55,299 bases of DNA, from NCBI GenBank assembly GCA_041577695.1, contig JBFGIM010000002.1:1-55299 (forward strand), written 5' to 3'. Positions 17,117 to 25,549 of this stretch are shown here, piece after piece (within the stretch, counting starts at the first letter, position 1; each line of letters begins with the position of its first letter). Made by a program: the position numbers and the translations under genes. This stretch comes from Myxococcota bacterium. GTDB lineage: Bacteria > Myxococcota_A > UBA9160 > PR03. Under the pieces are notes generated by a model. That model was given only the letters and a program-made list of their open reading frames with translations, had not been told where the DNA came from and did no database searches.

Positions 17117-18265
17117 TCAGGGGCGGCTCGCGCCCCCCTGGGCCGCGTTCCGCACCGCGCCGCGCAGCGCCTCGGCGAGGGCCGCACGTTGCTCGCTCGC
17201 CCGGGGATCGAAGAGGGTCGTGGGTCGCGGCTTCTCGCTGCGCGCGTCGGGTTCGGCACCCGCCGGCGGCTGGAGCATTACGGCCTCGGGGTCGGCGAGC
17301 AGCACGACCCGCAACTGGGGCACCTGGGCCCGCAGCCGCGCACTGATCTCGGCCCAGTTGGCCGCGCCGCTCACGGGATCCGCCGGCGTCTCGGTGCTGA
17401 GCAACACCAGCGGCCGCTCGGCCCGCGTCAGGTACTGCCGGATCCGGTTGATCGCCTGCTCCGAGCGCTGGAACACGTGCACCTTGGTCTGCAGCTCCTC
17501 GAGGGAACCCTTGATCCACTCGAGCATCGGCAGCTCGGGATCGATCGCCACCACGGGTGCGCTGAAGTGAGCGGCGTCGCCGCCCCGAGCGACCGGCACC
17601 GCGTCGGGCAGTGCTGCGGACGCCTGCTCCTCGGTTTCGGGCTCGGCCAGTACGGCCTCGAACTCCGCGGCAGAAGCCACGGCCTCCGCCGCCGCGGGAG
17701 CCTCGCGGTCGGATCCGGATGGGCTGCAAGCGGCGTCTTCGTGCGCGCGCAACTCCTGCTCCGCCTCGACGCCGCCCGCCTCGTCGCTCATGCGCGTTCC
17801 TTCCAGGGCCAGGAACTGGGCGTTGTTGCCCGGCGTCAGCAACAGGCCGCCGCTCTCCATCTGCCCGGGCGCGCCGTCCTCGATCGCGAAGGTGAAGTCG
17901 CCGCTGTTCCAGCTGAACATGGCGAGAACGGCGTTCTCGATGTGCTCGCGCCGGAGCTTCTCGTGGCCGGCGGCGTCGAGGATGTCCGAGGCCAGCACGG
18001 CCTCCTCGACCGAGGCGCCGCCGTGCACCCGGGTGCGCAAGGTCTCGAGCGCGGCCCCCTGCGCCAGGCCGGCCCGCTCGATCAAGTCGATCAGGTCCAC
18101 CGGCCCCTGGCGCAGCTGTGCACTTCGGATCAGGCCGCGCTGGAACAGCAGCCGGCCCTCGCCGGTCTTCGACTTGAGGCGCAGAACTCCGGATTTTCCG
18201 GACAAGCTCAGGATCTGGAGAATCTCTCCCAGACCCAGATCCTCGAGGTTTCCGACCAGGCTCAT
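17117..18265 (-). CDS. PATAN/DUF4388 domain protein with C-terminal degenerate receiver-like domain (PatA-like architecture)
   Basis: ATG at 18265. N-terminus MSLVGNLEDLGLGEILQILSLSGKSGVLRLKS (PATAN signature, paralogous to the 32..511 product). The C-terminal alpha/beta pattern VVAIDPE...PLVLLSTE...LRVVLLAD resembles a receiver. Confidence 0.8.
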   Translation of the reverse strand: MSLVGNLEDLGLGEILQILSLSGKSGVLRLKSKTGEGRLLFQRGLIRSAQLRQGPVDLIDLIERAGLAQGAALETLRTRVHGGASVEEAVLASDILDAAGHEKLRREHIENAVLAMFSWNSGDFTFAIEDGAPGQMESGGLLLTPGNNAQFLALEGTRMSDEAGGVEAEQELRAHEDAACSPSGSDREAPAAAEAVASAAEFEAVLAEPETEEQASAALPDAVPVARGGDAAHFSAPVVAIDPELPMLEWIKGSLEELQTKVHVFQRSEQAINRIRQYLTRAERPLVLLSTETPADPVSGAANWAEISARLRAQVPQLRVVLLADPEAVMLQPPAGAEPDARSEKPRPTTLFDPRASEQRAALAEALRGAVRNAAQGGASRP

Positions 18266-18394
18266 CCGACCACCAACTTCGGCAGCGACGCGGGCCGACG
18301 GACCACGCGCACGGGTATGGGAGCGCCGCGAACGGGCTCCGGCGCCTACGGATGAAGGATCGGCTCTCAGGCCGGCAACTTGACTCGGATCGAC

Positions 18395-19012
18395 CTAGTG
18401 GGAGCTGCCCGGTGAGGCTCCCGGCTGGGAGCGACCTCCCGGCGTCCGAGCCGCGGCCGGGGCGCGGCGCTCGCGGGTGCGCGGCAGCGAGACCCCCCCC
18501 GTGGGGTGACCGGCGAGCGCGCGCTCCAGCGCCACCCGGCCGAGGGTCTCGGCCTCGGGATCCACGGCCACGAACACCTGGAGAGTTCCCCGCACCTGCT
18601 CGCGGGCGTCGTGGAGGCCCCGCACCAGGGCATCGGCACCGCCGTCGTCCAGGCCCGGCCCGGGCAGGTGGAGCCGCAGGGTCGGCGCCCCGAGGCCCAC
18701 CGCCTGGCGCGCCGCTTCGCAGACCCGCTGGCGATAGCGGTCGGCATCGTCGTCGCCCCGTTCGCCGAGCCCCAGCAGGAGCAGGCGCGGAGACGCGAGC
18801 CGCGCTTCGCTGGGCAACAGCGCGCGCTCGCCCAGCTCGCCGGCAAAGCTCCGCTCGACCAGCAGCCGTGACAGCCCGCCACACAGGCGCCAATCCGCCA
18901 GTCCGGCGCCGCCGCGCAGCGGCCGCTCGTCGCGAAACACGCCCACCGCGATCAGCGCCGCGCGCGAACGCGCCAGGGGCGTGCACTCGACGTCGAGGGT
19001 CCAGCCGCTCAC
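18395..19012 (-). CDS. conserved hypothetical protein (205 aa)
   Basis: GTG at 19012 overlaps the nusB stop (GTGA). GC3 is high. There is a globular part of about 165 aa (VSGWTLDVECTPLARSRAALIAVGVFRDERPL...) that weakly recalls the N-terminal domain of M17 aminopeptidases. A low-complexity tail follows a C8 run. Function unknown. Confidence 0.55.
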   Translation of the reverse strand: MSGWTLDVECTPLARSRAALIAVGVFRDERPLRGGAGLADWRLCGGLSRLLVERSFAGELGERALLPSEARLASPRLLLLGLGERGDDDADRYRQRVCEAARQAVGLGAPTLRLHLPGPGLDDGGADALVRGLHDAREQVRGTLQVFVAVDPEAETLGRVALERALAGHPTGGVSLPRTRERRAPAAARTPGGRSQPGASPGSSH

Positions 19013-19455
19013 GCGTCGGCCGCCAGTCCGCGGGCCACGCCGTCGAGCACGCCGTTGACGAAGGCGGGCGAACGCTCGCTGCCGAAGCGGCGCGCCAGCT
19101 CCACGGCCTCGTCGATCACCACGCTGGGCGGCGTTCCGATGTGGCGCATCTCGAAGGTGGCGAGCCGGAGCAGGTTGCGGTCGACCGCCGCCATGCGCTC
19201 GACCCGCCAGTGGGTGGCCGAGCGGGCGATCTCCCGATCGAGTTGTTCGAGTCGATCGCGCACGCCGTTCACCAGCTCCTTGGCGAAGGCGCGCGCACCC
19301 TCGGGAAGCTCGAAGTGATCGCCGGCGGCCGCGAAGGCAGCCTCCGCGTCGGAGACCCCGCCCTCCGCCGCACCGGCGGTGAGATCGAGGGCGTACAGCA
19401 CCTGGAGCGCCGCCTCCCGCGACCGGCGGCGCGACGCACGACGCGGGACACTCAC
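19009..19455 (-). CDS. nusB: transcription antitermination factor NusB
   Basis: GTG at 19455 overlaps the ribH stop. Motifs REAALQVLYALDL...DRNLLRLATFEM...VVIDEAVELARRFG...FVNGVLD. Confidence 0.9.
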   Translation of the reverse strand: MSVPRRASRRRSREAALQVLYALDLTAGAAEGGVSDAEAAFAAAGDHFELPEGARAFAKELVNGVRDRLEQLDREIARSATHWRVERMAAVDRNLLRLATFEMRHIGTPPSVVIDEAVELARRFGSERSPAFVNGVLDGVARGLAADA

Positions 19456-19937
19456 GACGACTCCGCGGGCGGCTCGGGGAGCGCGCGGAGCAGATGCGCC
19501 ATCTCGAGCGCCGCCAGCGCGGCCTCGCCACCCTTGTTGCCGTCGCCGTCGCCCGCGCGTGCCAGCGCCTGCTCGGCGTCGTCGGTGGTCAGGACGCCGA
19601 ACGCCACCGGCACACCGCTGTCGCGAGCGGCCTCGCGTACACCGTCGGTGACGGCGCGACATACGTAGTCGAAGTGCGGCGTGCCACCGCGGATCACGAC
19701 GCCGAGGGTCACGATCGCATCGTAGCGCCCGCTAGTAGCCAGGGCGCGAGCGGCCTGGGGAATCTCGAAGGCGCCGGGCACCCACGCCACGTGCAGGTCC
19801 TCGTCGCGCGCGCCGCGATCGCGCAGCGTGCGCTCGCAGCCTTCGAGCAGACGCACCGAGACCAGATGGTTGAAGCGCGACACGACGATGGCGAAGCGCA
19901 GCCCCTCGGCATCACAGCGACTCGGGTAGCTCTTCAA
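19452..19937 (-). CDS. ribH: 6,7-dimethyl-8-ribityllumazine synthase
   Basis: TTG at 19937 overlaps the ribD stop (TTGA). Motifs FAIVVSRFN...VPGAFEIP...LGVVIRGGTPHFDYV...FGVLT. Confidence 0.9.
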   Translation of the reverse strand: MKSYPSRCDAEGLRFAIVVSRFNHLVSVRLLEGCERTLRDRGARDEDLHVAWVPGAFEIPQAARALATSGRYDAIVTLGVVIRGGTPHFDYVCRAVTDGVREAARDSGVPVAFGVLTTDDAEQALARAGDGDGNKGGEAALAALEMAHLLRALPEPPAESS

Positions 19938-21058
19938 CGCCGCCCTCCTCTGGGACGCGGCCGCGCCCGGATCAGCCAGTCGTCGCCCAAGCGCCGCACG
20001 GTCGGCTCCTCCAGCTCGATCGCATCCCGGAGCCGCAGGGTACCGAGTGGCGCCACCGCCGCCCGGCCGTCGCCCCCGATCAGGCGTGGCGCGGCGAACC
20101 AGAGCAGCTCGTCCACCAGTCCGGCGCCCAGCAGACCCGCCGCGAGCCGGCCGCCGCCCTCGACGAGGACGGTGCCCAGGCCCTCGCTGCCGAGACGTCG
20201 GAGCGCGCGGTCGAGTCGCAGGTGTCCCTCGTGCGCGGCGACCGGCAGCAGGCGCACACCCCGCGCCACCAGCGCACGCCGGCGCCGTTCGGGCGCGCTG
20301 CGGCCGCAGAGCACCCAGGTGCGCTCGGGGTCCTCGGTGCGGAAGATCCGCGCACCGGTCGCGACGGCGAGCTTCGAGTCCACCAGGACCCTCACGGGTC
20401 GGTGCACCACGCGGCCCGCGCGTCGCGCGGTGAGGTCGGGATCGTCGGCGCGTGCCGTGCCCGATCCGATCAGGATGGCGTCGCTCTGAGCGCGCAGGGC
20501 GTGGACGTGGGCGCGCGCGGCGGAGCCTGTGATCCAGCGCGACTCGCCGCTGGCGGTGGCGATGCGCCCGTCCAGCGTCGCCGCGAGCTTGAGCGTGACG
20601 AAGGGCCGGCCCCGTTCGAGCACCGAGAGGAAGCCGCGGTGCTGCTCGCGGCAGGCCGCCTCCAGCACCCCGATCCGCGCCTCGACGCCGGCGCGGCGCA
20701 ACCGGCGCAGCCCGCGCCCGCTGACCTCCGGGTTCGGATCGCGGTGCCCGACCCAGACCCGGGCAATGCCATGCTCGACGATGAGATCGGCGCAGGGACC
20801 GGTGCGGCCGTGGTGCGAGCAGGGCTCCAGGGTCACCGCCATCGACGCGCCGCGCACGGCGCGGCGCCCGTGGCGCCGCTCGGCGCGCTCCAGCGCAACC
20901 ACCTCGGCGTGGGGACCGCCCGCGGGACGCGAGTAGCCGCGACCCAGGATGCGATCGCCGCGGAACACCACGGCGCCGACCGGAGGATTCGGGAAGGTGC
21001 GGCCGCGGGCGCGGCGCGCCTGGACCAGCGCGGCCCGCATCGCGGTCTCGGGATCCAC
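19934..21058 (-). CDS. ribD: bifunctional riboflavin biosynthesis deaminase/reductase
   Basis: Motifs PNPPVGAVV, HAEVVAL, TLEPCSHHGRTGPC, and a reductase half (KLAATLDGRIA...ILIGSGT). Confidence 0.9.
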   Translation of the reverse strand: MDPETAMRAALVQARRARGRTFPNPPVGAVVFRGDRILGRGYSRPAGGPHAEVVALERAERRHGRRAVRGASMAVTLEPCSHHGRTGPCADLIVEHGIARVWVGHRDPNPEVSGRGLRRLRRAGVEARIGVLEAACREQHRGFLSVLERGRPFVTLKLAATLDGRIATASGESRWITGSAARAHVHALRAQSDAILIGSGTARADDPDLTARRAGRVVHRPVRVLVDSKLAVATGARIFRTEDPERTWVLCGRSAPERRRRALVARGVRLLPVAAHEGHLRLDRALRRLGSEGLGTVLVEGGGRLAAGLLGAGLVDELLWFAAPRLIGGDGRAAVAPLGTLRLRDAIELEEPTVRRLGDDWLIRARPRPRGGRR

Positions 21059-21070
21059 CGCGAGCCGGCC

Positions 21071-21541
21071 TCAGCTCTTGGCGCGCGCCGAGTCGCGCTC
21101 CAGTGCGCGGAAGAACACCGCGTAGTCCTCGGCGCTCTGGAAGCCGCGGAACACCGAAGCGAAGCGCGCCGCGGCCAGGGCGTCCACCGCCGACAGCTCG
21201 GCGAGCACGCACTGGCCGAGCCAGGTGCTGTCGAGCTCGGTCTCCCCGGCCTCCTGGAGCCGCTTCTCGACCCGGTCACTCAGCCGCTCCAGGGCGTCCG
21301 CCGGGATCGGTCGCTTGGCGCTCGCCTTCTCCAGGCTCACCATCAGCTTGCGGCGATCGAACTCCTCCCGGCGCCCGTCGCGCTTCACCACCTTGGGGAG
21401 CACGTCCTCGACGCGCTCGCGGGTGGTGAAGCGCCGGTTGCACTCCTGACACTCGCGGCGGCGGCGGATCTCCGCCTCGTCGCGCGCCAGCCGCGAGTCC
21501 ACCACGCGGTTCGCGGTATCACCGCAGTAGGGGCAACGCAC
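21071..21541 (-). CDS. nrdR: transcriptional repressor NrdR
   Basis: MRCPYCG...VVDSR...RRRRECQECNRRFTTRE zinc ribbon plus ATP-cone. GTG at 21541 directly abuts the glyA stop. Confidence 0.95.
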   Translation of the reverse strand: MRCPYCGDTANRVVDSRLARDEAEIRRRRECQECNRRFTTRERVEDVLPKVVKRDGRREEFDRRKLMVSLEKASAKRPIPADALERLSDRVEKRLQEAGETELDSTWLGQCVLAELSAVDALAAARFASVFRGFQSAEDYAVFFRALERDSARAKS

Positions 21542-23266
21542 CTAGTCCCTCTCGCTCCAGCGGCCGGGGTAGAGCGGGAAGCGCCGGGCCAGCGCTTCGA
21601 CCTCGGTCCGCACCGCATCGAGGCCGTCGACGTCGCCGGGCCGCTCCAGCACCCGGGCGATCAGGCCGACGATCTCCTCCATCTCGGGCTCCTTCATGCC
21701 GCGGGTGGTGACCGCGGGCGTTCCGATCCGCACGCCCGAGGTGACGAAGGGCTTGCGGTTGTCGAAGGGCACCATGTTCTTGTTGGTGGTGATCCCGGCG
21801 CGGTCGAGCGCCAGCTGGGCCGCCTTGCCGGTGGTGTCGCGTTCCATCAGCGACAGCAGGAACAGGTGGGTGTCGGTGCCGCCCGACACGATCCGGAAAC
21901 CCCGCTGCGCCAGGCCCGCCGCCAGGGCCCGCGCGTTGGCGACCACCTGGGACGAGTACTCGCGGAACTCGGGCTGGGCGGCCTCGCGGAACGCCACCGC
22001 CTTGCCGGCGATCACGTGCATCAGCGGTCCGCCCTGGCCGCCGGGGAAGACCGCGCTGTCCACCCGCTTGGCCCAGTCCTGGTCGCACAGGATCAAGCCG
22101 CCGCGTGGGCCGCGCAGCGTCTTGTGGGTGGTGGTGGTCACCAGCTGGGCGTAGCCCACCGGCGACGGATGCACGCCGCTCGCCACCAGGCCGGCGATGT
22201 GGGCGATGTCGGCGAAGAGCACTGCTTCCACCTCGTCCGCGATCTCGCGCAGGATCTTGAAATCGATCACCCGCGAGTAGGCGGTGGTGCCGCACTGGAT
22301 CAGCTTCGGGCGGTGCTCGCGCGCCAGACGCCGCATCTCGTCGTAGTCGATCTGCTCGGTCTCGCGGCTCACGCCGTAGGGGACGATCGTGTAGAGCTGG
22401 CCGGAGAAGTTGACCGGGCTGCCGTGGGTGAGGTGGCCGCCGTGGTCGAGGTTCATGGCCAGGATGGTGTCGCCCAGATCGAGGGCAGCGCGGTACACCG
22501 CCTCGTTGGCCTGGGAGCCGGCGTGGGGCTGGACGTTGGCATGCTGGGCGCCGAACAGCGCCTTGGCACGCTCGATGGCGAGGGTTTCGACCTCGTCCAC
22601 CACCTCGCAGCCACCGTAGTAGCGCCGGCCGGGATAGCCCTCGGCATACTTGTTGGTGAGGACCGTTCCGACCGCTTCGAGCACCGCCTCCGAGACGAAG
22701 TTCTCCGACGCGATCAGCTCGATGCCCAGCGCCTGGCGCCGCGCCTCGGCGCGCACCAGCCCGGCGATCTCCGGGTCCGAGGCGCCCAGGGCGGTGGCGC
22801 CGCGCAGCGTCTCGCCCCAGACCTCGCGCGCGACCTGGTCGATCTTCTCGACCCGGCGCGTGTGGCGGCCACCCTCGAACGGGGTGTCGAGCCAGCGTTC
22901 CAGCAGTGACCAGGCCTGGGCCTCGTCGATACGATCTCCGGCCAGGGCGAGGACGTTGGCGTCGTTGTGGCGCCGAGACGCCTCCGCCATCTCCAGGTCC
23001 TGCACCAGGGCGGCGCGCACGCCGGGGAAGCGATTGGCGGTGTAGGTGACTCCGAGCCCCGAGCCGCAGATGATCAACCCGCGCTCGACCTCGCCGCGGG
23101 CCACCGCGGCCGCGGCGGGTCCGACGTGGTCCGGGTAGTCCGCCGCGTCGGTACCCGAAGTGCCGAAGTCGACCACCTCGTAGCCGGCCCGCTCCAGGCG
23201 CGCCTGCAGCGCGCTCATCAAGGGGAAGCCCCGGTGGTCGCAAGCCGTCGCGATTCGCTTCGCCAT
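21542..23266 (-). CDS. glyA: fused ribose-5-phosphate isomerase B / serine hydroxymethyltransferase (574 aa)
   Basis: One uninterrupted ORF. Residues about 1-145 are RpiB/LacAB-like ([30 protein letters not shown]). From about residue 165 it is canonical SHMT ([37 protein letters not shown]). Confidence 0.9.
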   Translation of the reverse strand: MAKRIATACDHRGFPLMSALQARLERAGYEVVDFGTSGTDAADYPDHVGPAAAAVARGEVERGLIICGSGLGVTYTANRFPGVRAALVQDLEMAEASRRHNDANVLALAGDRIDEAQAWSLLERWLDTPFEGGRHTRRVEKIDQVAREVWGETLRGATALGASDPEIAGLVRAEARRQALGIELIASENFVSEAVLEAVGTVLTNKYAEGYPGRRYYGGCEVVDEVETLAIERAKALFGAQHANVQPHAGSQANEAVYRAALDLGDTILAMNLDHGGHLTHGSPVNFSGQLYTIVPYGVSRETEQIDYDEMRRLAREHRPKLIQCGTTAYSRVIDFKILREIADEVEAVLFADIAHIAGLVASGVHPSPVGYAQLVTTTTHKTLRGPRGGLILCDQDWAKRVDSAVFPGGQGGPLMHVIAGKAVAFREAAQPEFREYSSQVVANARALAAGLAQRGFRIVSGGTDTHLFLLSLMERDTTGKAAQLALDRAGITTNKNMVPFDNRKPFVTSGVRIGTPAVTTRGMKEPEMEEIVGLIARVLERPGDVDGLDAVRTEVEALARRFPLYPGRWSERD

Positions 23267-23273
23267 TCGCCCT

Positions 23274-23381
23274 CCGCCGACCCAGCAGCGCCGCGTCGAG
23301 CCCGCCGAAGCCCATGGCGTTCGAGGGCATCACTCGCGCGTTCGCCGTCCGCGGCTCGTGAGCGACGGGGTCGAGCGCACA
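23274..23381 (-). pseudogene. relic of the 3' end of a beta-ketoacyl-ACP synthase (fabF-like)
   Basis: In the 153-nt acpP/rpiB spacer one frame reads [36 protein letters not shown]. This matches the KAS C-terminal pattern ..LD.V.NE.R....ALSNSFGFGG.NA.L.F.R. No upstream KAS body exists. Confidence 0.45.
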
Positions 23382-23419
23382 GGCGGGGGTCCGGCCGGTC
23401 GGCAGCCGGTCCCCAGGGC

Positions 23420-23659
23420 TCACGATCCCGCGGCGCGTTCCTTCACGTAGGAAATCGCATCCGCGATCGTCTGGATCTTCTCCGCGTCTTCGTCGGGAAT
23501 CTCGATGTCGAACTCTTCTTCCATCGCCATCACGAGCTCGACGATGTCGAGCGAGTCGGCGCCGAGATCATCGATGAACGAAGCCTCGGGAACGACCTCC
23601 TGCTTCGACACACCCAGCTGCTCGACGATGATCTCGCTGACGCGCTGTTCCACGGCCAT
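23420..23659 (-). CDS. acpP: acyl carrier protein
   Basis: ATG at 23659. Contains [30 protein letters not shown] with the phosphopantetheine Ser in the DSL motif. Confidence 0.95.
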   Translation of the reverse strand: MAVEQRVSEIIVEQLGVSKQEVVPEASFIDDLGADSLDIVELVMAMEEEFDIEIPDEDAEKIQTIADAISYVKERAAGS

Positions 23660-23725
23660 GGAGCGACTCCTTCGGAACGATCCCAAACGCCGCCGGAAAG
23701 CTAGCCGAACGGACCACGGCCCGCC

Positions 23726-24667
23726 TCAATCCTCGGCGACGAAGGCCACCGCGGCGTCGAGCGCCTCGGCGCCGTCGAGGCCGGCGCGGGCCAGCTTGCG
23801 ATCGATGCGGGCGACGAGGCCGCAGAGCACCCGGCCCGGCCCGACCTCGAGCACGCGGTCCACCCCCAGCGCCCTAAGACGCTCGACGCTCTCGGTGAAG
23901 CGCACCGGCTCGGTCACCTGGCGTCGCAGCAGCTCGGGGACGCGTGCCGCGCGGCTCTCCGGCTCGGCGGTCACGTTGTGCACGACCGGCGGCGCAGCGT
24001 CGCGAAAGACGACCGAAGCCAGATCGGCGGCCAGTCGTTCAGCGGCCGGCGCCATCAGGGCGCAGTGGAAGGGGGCCGAGACCGGCAGCGACAACGCGCG
24101 TCGAGCGCCCGCCTCGATGGCGGCGGCGCAGGCTGCGGCTACGGCCTCGGCGTCGCCGGAGATCACGATCTGTGCCGGTCCGTTGTAGTTGGCGGGCTCC
24201 ACCCAGCCGCCGGTGTCGTGGCGGACCCGTTGGCACACCGTCTCGATCACGGCGGGCTCGGCGCCGAGCAGCGCCGCCATGGCGCCCACGCCTTCGGGCA
24301 CGGCCTGCTGCATGTAGCGCCCACGCGCCCGGACCAGCCGCAGCGCGTCCTCCAGCTCGAGCGCGCCGCCGGCCACCAGTGCGCTGTACTCGCCGAGGCT
24401 GTGGCCGGCCAGGTACGCCGGCCGCGGCGCGGTCCGCTCCTGCAGCGCGCGCAGCAACGCGACGCTGGTGGCAAGGATCGCGGGCTGCTGCACCTCGGTG
24501 GGGAGCAGCGCCTGTTCGGGTCCTTCGAAGCAGAGCCGCGTCAGGTCGATGCCGAGGGCGCGGTCGGCGCGCTCGAACACCTGGCGGGCAGCGGGCGACG
24601 TCTCGAACACGTCGCGGCCCATCCCGACGACCTGGGATCCCTGGCCGGGAAACAGCAGTGCGAGCAC
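23726..24667 (-). CDS. fabD: malonyl-CoA:ACP transacylase
   Basis: GTG at 24667 gives (M)LALLFPGQGSQ. Also GHSLGEYSAL and a downstream PFH motif. Confidence 0.9.
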   Translation of the reverse strand: MLALLFPGQGSQVVGMGRDVFETSPAARQVFERADRALGIDLTRLCFEGPEQALLPTEVQQPAILATSVALLRALQERTAPRPAYLAGHSLGEYSALVAGGALELEDALRLVRARGRYMQQAVPEGVGAMAALLGAEPAVIETVCQRVRHDTGGWVEPANYNGPAQIVISGDAEAVAAACAAAIEAGARRALSLPVSAPFHCALMAPAAERLAADLASVVFRDAAPPVVHNVTAEPESRAARVPELLRRQVTEPVRFTESVERLRALGVDRVLEVGPGRVLCGLVARIDRKLARAGLDGAEALDAAVAFVAED

Positions 24668-24675
24668 GGCTCGCC

Positions 24676-24861
24676 CTACTCCTCGTCCGTGATCTCGATC
24701 CGGGTCTCGCCGCGGTAGGTGCCGCAGGTACCGCACACGCGATGAGGGGCCTTCGCCTCACCGCACTGCGGACAGCTCGAGCGGGCGGGCGCCGTCAGCG
24801 CGTCGTGGGCGCGGCGCTTGTTCTTGCGGCTCTTCGAAGTCCGCCGCTTGGGTACCGCCAT
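24676..24861 (-). CDS. rpmF: 50S ribosomal protein L32
   Basis: [19 protein letters not shown]...CPQCGE..HRVC..CG. Confidence 0.95.
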   Translation of the reverse strand: MAVPKRRTSKSRKNKRRAHDALTAPARSSCPQCGEAKAPHRVCGTCGTYRGETRIEITDEE

Positions 24862-25439
24862 CAGGATTCTCCTTCGCTGGCGCGATCGCGCAGCGCTTGC
24901 AATGCAGCGAACGGGGAGGCAGTCCGCTCGTCCGCGCAGTCACAGCTCTCCCGGTTGCGGTCCACGCCACAACGGGGACACAGCCCCTGGCACTCCTCTC
25001 GGCACAGCGGCTGCACCGGCACGGCCAGCGCGATCACCTCGAGCACGAAGCCTCCGAGGTCGATCTCCGCACCCCGGTACCAACCCAGCTCCAGCTCGTC
25101 TCCCACGCACATGCCGTGGCTCGCCAGCGACCGCACCGCCTCCGGCTCGGAGGGCATCCGGGTCCCGACGGGCTCGAGAACGAGCCGGAAGGGTTCGCGA
25201 AGCGGCTGACGATAGCGCGCCAGGCAGCGGGCGCATCCGAGCTCCAGGGCGCCCTCGACGATGCCCTCCAGGTAGAGCGTCTCGCCCATGCGGTGGGCCG
25301 AAAGCTCCACGACCGGGGCCTCGGCGAGCCCGCCGGCGAGCTCGGGGACCGTCTGGAGGGCGGTGTCGCCCCAGGCCGGGTCGGCCTCCAGGCGGTACGG
25401 GACCGGGCTGTCCCCGAGACGCTCGATGAGAAGCTTCAT
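24861..25439 (-). CDS. yceD: DUF177/YceD-family protein
   Basis: 192 aa immediately upstream of rpmF. C-terminal Cys cluster [17 protein letters not shown] typical of YceD. Confidence 0.85.
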   Translation of the reverse strand: MKLLIERLGDSPVPYRLEADPAWGDTALQTVPELAGGLAEAPVVELSAHRMGETLYLEGIVEGALELGCARCLARYRQPLREPFRLVLEPVGTRMPSEPEAVRSLASHGMCVGDELELGWYRGAEIDLGGFVLEVIALAVPVQPLCREECQGLCPRCGVDRNRESCDCADERTASPFAALQALRDRASEGES

Positions 25440-25549
25440 CGCAGCCCGGGCTAGCAGAGGGCTCCGAGCGCCGTCAACGGCACCGACCGGTCGGGCCGCT
25501 CCGGAGCCACGGGAGGATTCGCCGGCGGGGCCCTAGACTGCTCGCCGCC

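Noticed and set aside
20222-22909. 895-aa plus-strand ORF antisense to ribD/nrdR/glyA. Similar long antisense or shifted ORFs occur at 7409..9874, 41824..43917, 52085..54991, 499..2334 and 14476..15957.
   Set aside because: They are Arg/Ala/Gly/Pro-rich with no recognisable motifs. They lie opposite genes with unmistakable family signatures. This is the expected stop-codon-poor artefact of very GC-rich DNA.
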